Assembly: GCA_010093605.1 (NCBI GenBank)
Contig: MU004190.1
Coordinates: forward strand, 186,001-250,000
Reading direction: 5' to 3'
Origin: Lophium mytilinum
Taxonomy: Eukaryota
DNA: 64,000 nucleotides
Shown: piece after piece, positions 50,014-59,632 of the stretch
How positions within the stretch are numbered: the first letter of the stretch is position 1
Layout: every line of letters begins with the position of its first letter
Notes under the pieces: generated by a model
The model's database searches: none
The model's input: the letters and a program-made list of their open reading frames with translations, nothing else
Told to the model about the DNA's origin: nothing
Position numbers and translations under genes: made by a program

Positions 50014-50676
50014 GGTTCAGTTGGGCGTGAAGTACTGTCTTGCGCGAAAAGGGTTGTGATGTCTAGAAATTCAAGAATACGAACTGAACTGTTTCGAGAT
50101 TGGAAACAAACCTATAGTCAATAAGACGTCATTCCCAAACGTGCTCGAATTTCTATCTCGGCTTCACATGTATTGGCGATCCATGAGCTTCATGAAGCTC
50201 GAGCTGGTCGAAAGTGGAAAGCTTTCCAAGGATAGTTAGGGCTAATTTGTTGTCGGGGAAATTGCCATATCCTCGACTCAATTCGCCCGGAGAGCCCGCA
50301 AAGTATTTCCCCGGGACCTGCATTTTAACGAGTTTCTTCTTGTACGCAATACATATGCGCGTGCCATACAATGCTTGCTCGGTACCTACGAGCTGAGCCT
50401 CTCCAGGGTGGCTCGGCCGCCCACGTTGATGGGGAGTTGAACCGGTCGATCATTCACATGTATTGCCGAAGGAACGTTGGCCTTTAAGGTCGTAAGCGAG
50501 AGTGTACAACTGAGGAAACACTGCGCGGAGGCCAAGGTATATTGGGGTCACTTGCTTACAATGGAGACGCTTAGATGACAGTCTTTCGAATTTGTATCAT
50601 GCCACCTATCATTCCTCTTTCGGATTACCAAAACAGCACTTGTTGTCAACCAGATGTATAGTCTCTCGAGACTGCC

Positions 50677-52017
50677 TCATGTCGTAGTCGCTTTTTCGTT
50701 ATCTGGAGGTGTGATCGTGGCATTCTCGTCCTTCTTCAGATTTGCGAGGCATGGTGCGTGAAAGAGTTTTCCGTCCCAAGCGCCTCTAGCGGTACCGATA
50801 GCGACTACAATCCAAAGCAAGATTACGGCAACACTGAAGATAGTGCCGAGGACCTTGAAAAACTGACTTGGCATCTGGTTTCCAAGTTCGATCGTGCTGA
50901 CCGCATAGACACCGAGAGGGAAGGTGAACCCCCACCACCCCATATTGAACGGAAACGGGCGAGATTTGTAGATCGACGCGAGAGCGAAAGCAAACCAGAT
51001 GAGGCCGAATCCCCACATAATAAGCGCCAAGAATACACCAAGGATGTATACAACGTCTCCTGCAACAGCTAAATCGTGGAAGAAGTGGACTTGAGGAAAG
51101 ACTTCTCGCGAGACTTTTCCGAGATACATTATCGTATAGCCGCCCATTCCAAGGGGACCAAGTGGCAGGAATGACGAAACCACAATCTCACGAGGAGGAA
51201 GTTTGTGAAGTGCCAGCCGTTGGTAGTAAATGACCAGAACTGTCATGGCCAGAGGAGTGGCCATACCCCACATTACATACGACGTGATGAGAGTTCCCAA
51301 TGCATGATCGGGATTCGGGAGCACCTCCGCAATCTCAGCACCGGCGCCAGCAGCAACAATAGTAGCTGCTATAGGCAGCAGCTGTGCAGCTGTGATGCGG
51401 TCCAGGGCTTGTTGATGAGATTGTGATATCAGAAGGAAGGTCAACGACACCGTAACAGCTCCAGCGACGATGCAGTCTATCATCCAGCACACCCAGGCAA
51501 ATGTAACTGCCCAAGGCCCCCAATAGGGGATGCAAAGAAAGATCCAACTTTCTACCAACGTAGCGAATCCCATTGGAAGAGTACCGAGAAAGAGCGAATT
51601 CGTACTGTCGTGGATCATTACCGTCCATATGGCGGGATAAAGCGTGTATCGGAGGATTGAAATGCCGAAAGCTAAAGCAAATAGCAGGGTGTTCAATGCA
51701 AAGAAGACCACAGACATCCAGTACAGCCAATCGCTCTGGAACGGGATGGTGATGAATAGTAAAGAAACAATCCCAGTGCCCATAGTAACGGAGAACCAGG
51801 AAGGGCTGAAATTCCGCACAACCCGTCGCCAGCCAACATCGTATTTAGTCACTTGATCCGGTGGAGGCTCCGTGATTACATCCTGCTCTCCCGAAGGATC
51901 TGAGGTCGTGGCATGGGGGTGGCGATGTGATGATCTCTGGCGAACCAGGCTTGGTGTAGATGCCAAAGCGGGCTTACCTGAAGCCAGGCGTGTGAGATCA
52001 TGATCAGAATCTTGCAT
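50677..52017 (-). CDS. TDT/SLAC1-family transporter (sulfite efflux/C4-dicarboxylate, SSU1-like)
   Basis: NFSPSWFSVTMGTG, SLFLGTLPMG, FLPLGPLG, FNMGWWGFTFPLG; about 10 transmembrane helices. Confidence 0.9.
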   Translation of the reverse strand: MQDSDHDLTRLASGKPALASTPSLVRQRSSHRHPHATTSDPSGEQDVITEPPPDQVTKYDVGWRRVVRNFSPSWFSVTMGTGIVSLLFITIPFQSDWLYWMSVVFFALNTLLFALAFGISILRYTLYPAIWTVMIHDSTNSLFLGTLPMGFATLVESWIFLCIPYWGPWAVTFAWVCWMIDCIVAGAVTVSLTFLLISQSHQQALDRITAAQLLPIAATIVAAGAGAEIAEVLPNPDHALGTLITSYVMWGMATPLAMTVLVIYYQRLALHKLPPREIVVSSFLPLGPLGMGGYTIMYLGKVSREVFPQVHFFHDLAVAGDVVYILGVFLALIMWGFGLIWFAFALASIYKSRPFPFNMGWWGFTFPLGVYAVSTIELGNQMPSQFFKVLGTIFSVAVILLWIVVAIGTARGAWDGKLFHAPCLANLKKDENATITPPDNEKATTT

Positions 52018-52613
52018 AGTGGTTGGGGCTCAGCTATAATCCAAGAAGTCACGTATAATAGAAGCGCAGATGAAAATCAATGATGTTGAAATTTGAGATC
52101 GGAGTCACGGATGTGGCCCACTTTGTAAGTGGTACAGAGAAAGTGGTAATTAAATTACTTCTATCGTAGGTAATCAGTGCCCTCCTTGAATATAGCCACC
52201 CGACTTAACCCCTTCTACACCCCCCTACATTGCCTCCCACTCGCTTTATTTACCGGTCTTGTCGTTGCTTTACTCTGATCCATAGGACTAATCCCCGGCG
52301 TAATCCAAACATGAACCTCCATGGCAATAGCGACGGGCCATTGGCATGCGCCACAACCGCTTATGGTCCTCCCTCTTTGCATTGCAGTCAATGGTGAAGT
52401 AGATAGACTGTTTCCTCAATTCGCCTCAAGTTCCGCGCCCCTCTTCCCTTATCGATTCTATCAGCACGTCTCAATGCCACGGACCAGCTTGCGGATTATG
52501 GCATTGCCGGTTTTACTTATCTTCATACCTTCCCATAATTAAGATAGAAAAAAAAAGCATCTTCGTGAAGAACACGACTTGTATAATAGCGGTATTAAAG
52601 AGCAAAGAGATGC

Positions 52614-52620
52614 AAAAAAA
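52614..52620 (-). terminator. Pol III oligo-T terminator of the tRNA-Ile gene
   Basis: T7 run on the minus strand 8 nt after the discriminator base; a second T run near 52548-52556. Confidence 0.8.
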
Positions 52621-52628
52621 GACAATTC

Positions 52629-52765
52629 TGGTCAGTACGGGGGTCGAACCCGCGACCTTGGCGTTAACATGTTGATATTAGCACCTGTGGTGGATTAGTA
52701 CAGGTGTTGGTTCATTCGAGGAAGGTGAACACATACCACGCTCTGACCAACTGAGCTAACCGACC
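52629..52765 (-). tRNA. tRNA-Ile(AAT) with two introns: 52-nt GT-AG intron (52685-52736) and 11-nt canonical intron (52665-52675)
   Basis: Spliced sequence GGTCGGTTAGCTCAGTTGGTCAGAGCGTG|GTGCTAATA|ACGCCAAGGTCGCGGGTTCGACCCCCGTACTGACCA folds into a full cloverleaf (acceptor GGTCGGT/ACTGACC, D stem GCTC/GAGC, anticodon stem TGGTG/CGCCA, T stem GCGGG/CCCGT); A and B boxes intact. Confidence 0.9.
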
Positions 52766-53080
52766 TGATTGGTTGAATTGTTGGCTCGTCAAAAATTTTC
52801 AGACTATAATGTGTCATTGCTCTACCCCTGTCCCTCCTTGCCATGGATGATACACAACCACAGCCATGGTCCATGTCAGTTTTCTCTTGGTACGGCTACC
52901 TACCATAATTTCAGGGTATCAGTGCCACGGTTTAGTAAGTCTCGACGCGGTCGGCAACGTTGCCTTTTATTCGCTACCGAAATTCCTTTTCCACCTACCT
53001 CAAACGTCCATTTTTCTTCTTCGTGCTCTTCTACTCTCCTCTTTCTCACACCGTCATCCTTCATCGATCATATCAAGACA

Positions 53081-53763
53081 ATGCTTCCCATCTTAGAACT
53101 CCCGAGAGAGCTGCGAGATATCATTTACGAGGCCGTTATGGACTCCGACATCGCGGATCCCCCCTTTCAACAACGACGCGATCCAACACCCCAGGTCCGT
53201 CTTACTGGCAACTTCACTATCGCGCTACTCCATCTCGTATTGTAACTCCGGCTGCGAATCTTCTTCTTCTCGCCAATCGCCAGATTAACCTCGAAACGCG
53301 AGAAGCAATCGAGCGTAGGAAGCGCCAGCGGCGTATGGAATACGAACTGGATGTGGTGCTCATGCCGAGGTGGAGAGTGTTTCCAACAATACCTACCCAC
53401 ATCGATGCTCTCGACGTACACATCGACATGAACATCATGAAAGACATGGATAAGGGAGACCAGAATGCATTTTGGAAATTGCGGGTCATCGAACTTGCTA
53501 AGTTCATTCAATCACTGATCAGGAACGGTATCAGAAGCACTCCACGTCGCAACATTACCATAGGAGTCATGACTATTCATATCCACTTCGACGCTGGACA
53601 ATATGTACCAGCACATCTATACGAAACCCTGAGAAAGCCTTATGTGGACGATCCTAACATAGGTAGGGAGTGGTGTTACTGGCAGCGTAACTTTAACGAG
53701 CTGTATACACATATCAATAGTGTTCACATCATCGTCAACGGGAAGCTCGTACCCGAAATCTAA
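53081..53763 (+). CDS. Hypothetical protein with F-box-like start; frameshifted or carrying a weak intron
   Basis: MLPILELPRELRDIIYE in one frame and LLLLANRQINLE in another. A GT-AG intron 53195-53283 would restore frame but has no clear branch site and would remove most of the LLLxNRQ motif. Confidence 0.45.
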
Positions 53764-54275
53764 ACTACCAGCACCCCGACGGGGATGCTGTTTTAGGTCG
53801 AGCCGGGCATCTCAATCTGAGGTTAATGTTTCAGGGGGATGGACATGCGACTCGTTGCATGACGTTGCTTGACTATGGACCAAGATGCCTCGGATTCCGA
53901 GGACTTTGCTATTGCTACGCTACCTCTTGGTTCATATTGTGTTGGGTGGATGTTGTCTAGATCATTCTCACTGGCCGCTATGAACTGAATGCGCTTCATT
54001 TGCTCTTTTTTGAATTCATTCGCTCCGTTATCATTTTCCGCGAGGCTGCATACACAATGTTTGACGCTTTACCACCGTCACAAAACTTTCAGGCCCTTTC
54101 GATGCCCTTCTGGAATCAACATATGGAGTACTAAACCGCCATGGTCGTCTGCATCAACTCCAAACTTTATCATCATCGCTTTTATTCACTCTGGACGGCA
54201 GCAAAACCGCTTCACATTTGCGCGATACCACGATATCATCGATCAAACTTGAGCGAACATCCTCGACCAAACGGC

Positions 54276-55151
54276 ATGGACGATAAGAGTATTGAGGATA
54301 TCAAGAACGATATTTGGGTTATCAAGAATGATATCGGAGCAATGAAGAATGATATCGATGCCATGAAGAATGATATCGGAGATATCAAGAGCGATATCAT
54401 TGCAACATTGGTTGGGATCGCTGAGAACCTCCAGGAAGCACATACAGCGCGAGCACAAGGACCAGTCCATCCAGACCAGTCTTTTGTTTCCATCCCACCG
54501 TTGTTGCACCCGGTTACGAGCCCGCCCCCAGTTTCGTTCATGCCACAGTCGCAAGCACTTGGGCTACCGACAATAGATATCACGCAAGAGGATGCTGCTG
54601 AGCATCAGAACCCACCAAATGCTGCAGAGCAGGGCATTGACAACATGGCAATCGGGAGAAGCGCATATATTGAAGAAGATGGCGCAACTCCGGACGACAC
54701 TGAGAATATTACACTCGAGACCCCCGAAAGTCATACCGACACGTCGACGGGGATGACTCTTCTGGCCGACCCTCTGGGCAGCCCTACAGTGGCATCTGCA
54801 CGGAAAAGCTGTATCCCCGCGCCATCTCCTGCGGCACAGCCAATTTCACCCGCTTATCAGCTATGCGTAAGAGGAGGCATAATAGACAATCCTGACGCCC
54901 GCGCCCTAGGACCGTTTTGCCCAAACGGAGGTATAGAGGAATGCCACGTCTATGGCTGCCCCATGATACACAGCGACAAAGACTGTCGGAACCAGCATTG
55001 CTTCCAGCACCCTTGCACCTATCGACACTCACAGGGGCAGCGAGGGTACATGTGCGGATGGGAAGTGAATTGTCCTTGGTCATTCTGCGCGTTCCAACAC
55101 ATCCCAGGTCAGCGCATGTCTCAAGGGATTAGAGTGCATCATGATGGTTAG
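54276..55151 (+). CDS. Hypothetical protein: N-terminal heptad repeats, low-complexity middle, C-terminal CCCH-like zinc fingers
   Basis: IKNDIWV-IKNDIGA-MKNDIDA-MKNDIGD-IKSDI (21-nt repeats 54300-54400); C-x4-C-x4-C-x3-H and C-x5-C-x4-C-x3-H patterns near the C-terminus. Confidence 0.65.
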   Translation: MDDKSIEDIKNDIWVIKNDIGAMKNDIDAMKNDIGDIKSDIIATLVGIAENLQEAHTARAQGPVHPDQSFVSIPPLLHPVTSPPPVSFMPQSQALGLPTIDITQEDAAEHQNPPNAAEQGIDNMAIGRSAYIEEDGATPDDTENITLETPESHTDTSTGMTLLADPLGSPTVASARKSCIPAPSPAAQPISPAYQLCVRGGIIDNPDARALGPFCPNGGIEECHVYGCPMIHSDKDCRNQHCFQHPCTYRHSQGQRGYMCGWEVNCPWSFCAFQHIPGQRMSQGIRVHHDG

Positions 55152-55728
55152 TGGGGTCTGAGAGTATATCGAGCCTATACGTGTGATACGGGCTTGTAAT
55201 CTCTGGAAGAAATGGACTAGACTGAGCGCTTTGAAGTTTTATTGACGTTCGTAGTTTTATATTGGTAACATGAATGAATAGTGGCTTCAATATCACGAAG
55301 ATCTAAATGAAGAGTACCGTCGCCGTCTGAATAGTTGTATCAGTTTCGAGCACACTGCCCACCGGCTTGTAAATAGCTAACTGAATGACCTAAATTTACT
55401 TTGACTCGCTTATTGAACTTATGAGGTTCCATGAAACCTTATATGCGGGATAGCTGCGCTAGGCTCCAACCCTCCGCGAGGTTATCGCTAGTGCTCTGAT
55501 CGTCCAGAGTAGTGCTAGGCTCAGTATTTATTTTTCAAAATAGTCGGAAGAAGCTATTGGTCGAGCAGATTCAGCCTGACCCCCGCCACGTCAAGTTGCA
55601 TGCAGCCACCACGATCAGGCTGAGATACAACGATCAGGCTGAGATCTCGGCACATGACCGTCCAGCCCGTTATCAACCATCCGGTGAGATCGAACCCTCT
55701 TCTTCGGTCCCCACCCAGATAATTAGAA

Positions 55729-56913
55729 ATGTCTCTTTTCAATTTCTTGCTGAACGCACGAACTCGTTTGGCCGGCATCCAAGCTAGACGTGCTTGGGGA
55801 GACGACGGAGGTATCGACCTCGAAGCCAATCCGCCACTAGACACAAGAAAGTGGCCCAAGGCTGAGCAGCCGCAGCCACAACCAGGCTCTAGAAGCTTGT
55901 TACATTGGTAAGCAGTGCCATCATCCATTCAATGCCAGCTTGCACACAGGCCAAAAGGCTAATAACCTCGATTCAGTGGCAATGAGCTCCTCGACATCAA
56001 AGTTGGCAGATCCAGCAAGGCTCGACGTTGGCTGATTCACGAGAGGCTCATCTGCCGCTACTCGGAGCACTTCCAAAACGCAGCCCAAACGCTCACGGTC
56101 CGGCAAGGCGAAATCAAGACGTTTGACCTCAGCTACGCCGATGCGGGTGCTTTTGCTCTGTTTGTCGACTGGCTGTACAACGAAGAAGAGAAAGACGGCT
56201 CTGGCTTCGCTGCGGACGCGGACATCTATCGCGACAGCTATGCCTGGCGGACTCAATGCGGCAAAGCGTGGCTTCTGGCTGACTACCTTCGAGCAAGAGT
56301 GTTCGCGCGATACGCCCTGGGCAAGGTCATTCAGAATGCCAACTGGATCAGCAAACACACAATGGAACACGAATTCCAAAGGGTGCCTAATTCCCCATTG
56401 AAGCACTTCGCTGCGCAATGGGTGGCGTGGAGGGCTACTCACGACAAATCCGTACCGTGGTGGTGGTGGGGCTCCCAGAGGAGCCATGATCTGCAAGCCA
56501 ACATGAGGATGAAAGGGCAAACGCCCCAACCACTGCGCGGACGAACTGTGGGCGACCCTCGATGGTTCGAGGTGGAGCACTGGTACAGCCGTTGCGCTGG
56601 AAATCTGACTTCTCCAACCCCCCAGCCCTGTCGCCATGGGCAAGCTCCTACTCCCATACGACAACCTCCGCCAACCGAAGCGCAAGAAAATCTACTTAAC
56701 CCGTGGCCCCCGGGCCAAAGGATCAAGTTGTACACTGGCAACGAAAGATTCGATCGATTTCTCTCCGCTTTTGCGTACAAGCGGGTCCTGGTCATTGTTG
56801 TGTTGGTCCTCGGGATCGGAGTGATCTTTCCAGCCGTCTACGCTACGCGTAATACTTGGGACCCTCCGCCTGACTACGAGGAGGAGGACGATGATGGGTG
56901 TGTAGTAATGTAG
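55729..56913 (+). CDS. BTB/POZ-like domain protein with C-terminal transmembrane helix (2 exons)
   Basis: Intron 55908-55976 (GTAAGC...GCTAAT...CAG) gives DIKVG...IHERLICRYSEHF...FALFVDWLY...AWLLADYL, a fungal BTB pattern, continuing into ORF 56299-56913 with VLVIVVLVLGIGVIFPAVY. Confidence 0.75.
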
Positions 56914-57928
56914 ACTTGCGAGGTCGTAGGCTTCTCAATTGGTTGACGAGAGTTAAGTCGCTTGTTGCCCATTTTCGCGTTATGCTTCGATCTTACGGCT
57001 TACCCCTATGAGCTTCTTTGCTTTGAGGCAGAGTGGTAAAGATAAAGAATGGCCTGGATTCTCCATTATTGTGGGCTTGTTCCTCCCTAGGGATTTTGGA
57101 TGTAGTCTAGTAATCAGGCTTAAAGGTTGTTACTAGACAACGAGTTAAGTGTTTTTGGTTTAAATATAGGAAAAGCGAGATCTTAAATGAAAAGTGTATT
57201 TTGCACGGACTGCGCCCTGTTTAGTGCTTCTACGGCTGTAAGCCTCCAGGGCATAGTGTTTCCATACAGGCGAGGCTGCGAGGGATTTTCTTTTCGTACG
57301 AGCGGGCCTTATCGTCAACGTAGAATCGACGGGCCATGAATTGCTGCTAGAGGGTCGTTGGCTTTCATGCAAAGATGACAATCTACTGACCTGCGTGAGA
57401 GACAGTTGCACGGAATCGACAATCGGCAGGGCTGAAAGGGCCCTTGGTACAACACATGTGTATTCTGAACCAAAGGGGCTGCATGTGACACTGTACAATC
57501 AACATAGCAAAAACTAGTCTTAGAAATACGCAAATACGACACTCGAGAACGATCTCCGCCCTCGAGGCTGAATTTAGTCTCGCTTATCTTGCACTGCCGA
57601 ACTAAGGCTCGCTTACTCATGAGGTTCTATGTATTGTACACAGGACATCGCTTGAGAAAATTTGAGGAGCTGCTGTTCAGCAGACGTTCAAATAAAGTGG
57701 ACCTCGGAGTATAGTCTCAATCGGGGTATACATCCATTAGCCAATCGCGATAGTCTGACGGAAACATGACTCCCGACGACACTAGACTAGCGTACTAATT
57801 AATCAGAACAATAGGGCGCACGGCAAGTTTTATAAACATAAGCTGCTCCCGCAAGACCCAAAAGTAAGCAGAAGAGACAAAGCTCAAATTTCCCCCGTTC
57901 TCCCCCACTCTTCCGCAATACCGCAAGA

Positions 57929-59374
57929 ATGAGCCAAACCGAGCTCCAAACAATCACAGCCTCCCACCACAACTCTAGGTCTCACCCCTCCACTCCTAAT
58001 ATCCAACCCCAAAACGAGATACGCCCCATCTCCCACACATCTCTCCAAAGCAATGCCGGAACCCACGAGACCCCTCGCCGCCTCTCCGACGACGAACGCC
58101 TCCAAACCACCGCCGAAACCCCCGACTCCACGAACGTGACCACCGCCATCCCCGACGGCGGCCCCGGCTGGACCATCGTCGCCGCCTGCAGCACCATGAC
58201 CTTCTGGTTCAACGGCTACAGCACCGCGTGGGGGGTCCTCCAAACCGCCCTCCTCTCCTCCTCCCTCTCCGCCACCACCCCGGCGACCATCTCCTTCGTC
58301 GGCACCCTCAGCATCGGCATCTGCGTCGCCTTCGGCCTCTTCAACGTCAGAGTCATGCGCCTCTTCGGCGCGCGCAACACCGCCCTCTTCGGCATGCTGC
58401 TCTTCGGCGCCGGCCTCATCGCCGCCAGCTTCACGACGACTAATCTCGGCGGTATGTTCGGCACCGCCGGCGTCTTGTCCGGGGTGGGCTCGGTCTTCCT
58501 CTACGGCATCTGCAATATCCTCCCCACGCAGTACTTCAGCACGAAGCTGGGGCTCGCGAATGGGTTGGTGAAAGCGGGCGGCGGGCTCGGGGGTACGGTG
58601 CTTTCGCTCGCGGGCGACGCGCTGATCCGCCATGTCGGCATCGCGTGGACCTTTCGCATCCTCGGGCTGCTGATGCTGGCGACGGGATTGCCGGCGGCGT
58701 GGCTGGTCAAGGAGCGCGAGGGCGCGAGGTTGCGGAGGAGCCAGTTTGTTGAGTGGAGCATGTTCCGCAGCGTGCCGTTCACAGCCGTCTTCATCGCGGC
58801 GTCGCTGGCGACGTTCGCGTTGTTTGTGCCGCCGTTTTTCCTGCCGCTGTTCGCGAAGTCGATTGGGCTGAGCTCGTCGACGGGGGCGGGGTTGGTGGCT
58901 GGGTTTACGTTGTGCACGACGACGGGGAGGTTGGTCGCGGGTCTGCTGTGTGACAAGATTGGGCCGGTTAATATGTTTCTGCTCACGATGCTGCTGAATG
59001 CGGTGAGTATGCTGGCGATTTGGCCGGTGTCGAGCACGCTGGCGCCGCTGATTATCTTTGCGATGCTGAATGGGGTGGCGAATGGGGCGTTTTTCACGAC
59101 GATGCCGACGGTGGTAGGCACGATGTTTGGGCCGGGGAGGGCGGCGGTAGCGATGTCTATGGCAATTACTGGGTGGACTGGCGGATATGTGATGGGTGCG
59201 CCGATTGCTGGGTATTTGCTGCAGGCGGCGGGAGGGAAGGTGGATGGGGGCGTTCAGGGGGTGGAGGTGTATAGGCCTGCCATCTATTATGCGGGGGGTG
59301 TCGCGTTGGCGTCGAGCTTCATTGTCTTGATTGCGAGGTTGGCGATGGATAGGAAGATTATCAAGAGAATGTAA
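57929..59374 (+). CDS. MFS monocarboxylate transporter (MCT-like), intronless
   Basis: IPDGGPGW, AWGVLQ, QYFSTKLGLANG, CDKIGPVN, GAPIAGYL; about 12 transmembrane helices. Confidence 0.92.
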   Translation: MSQTELQTITASHHNSRSHPSTPNIQPQNEIRPISHTSLQSNAGTHETPRRLSDDERLQTTAETPDSTNVTTAIPDGGPGWTIVAACSTMTFWFNGYSTAWGVLQTALLSSSLSATTPATISFVGTLSIGICVAFGLFNVRVMRLFGARNTALFGMLLFGAGLIAASFTTTNLGGMFGTAGVLSGVGSVFLYGICNILPTQYFSTKLGLANGLVKAGGGLGGTVLSLAGDALIRHVGIAWTFRILGLLMLATGLPAAWLVKEREGARLRRSQFVEWSMFRSVPFTAVFIAASLATFALFVPPFFLPLFAKSIGLSSSTGAGLVAGFTLCTTTGRLVAGLLCDKIGPVNMFLLTMLLNAVSMLAIWPVSSTLAPLIIFAMLNGVANGAFFTTMPTVVGTMFGPGRAAVAMSMAITGWTGGYVMGAPIAGYLLQAAGGKVDGGVQGVEVYRPAIYYAGGVALASSFIVLIARLAMDRKIIKRM

Positions 59375-59632
59375 GTGGAGGTGGATACTCTCAAGCTGGA
59401 GCGGCAGCATAGTGAGTGCTTCAACGAGAAAAATAAGCAGGAATGATCTTAAGATCGACTTCTTTTCATTGTGAGCCCATTGATAAGGAGATATGAAAGG
59501 GACTACCTAACCTTCCATCTCTAACTATGTCTTTCGAGGAGCTTTTGTGTCTCCTTCCAAGCTCTCTCTCTCTCTCTATTCAACGATGTTCGGCGGCATA
59601 GTCTGTGGAGTAGATATCGCGCTGCGATGCGT

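Noticed and set aside
53770..53795. Hairpin CAGCACCCCG-A-CGGGGATGCTG followed by TTTT, resembling a bacterial terminator
   Set aside because: Fungal DNA and a single short imperfect hairpin; no other sign of bacterial origin.
57884..59410. 508-aa antisense ORF over the MCT gene, and similar Pro/Arg/Gly-rich ORFs at 19024-20079, 47315-48076 and 36259-37089
   Set aside because: Shadow ORFs caused by strong codon bias of the real genes.
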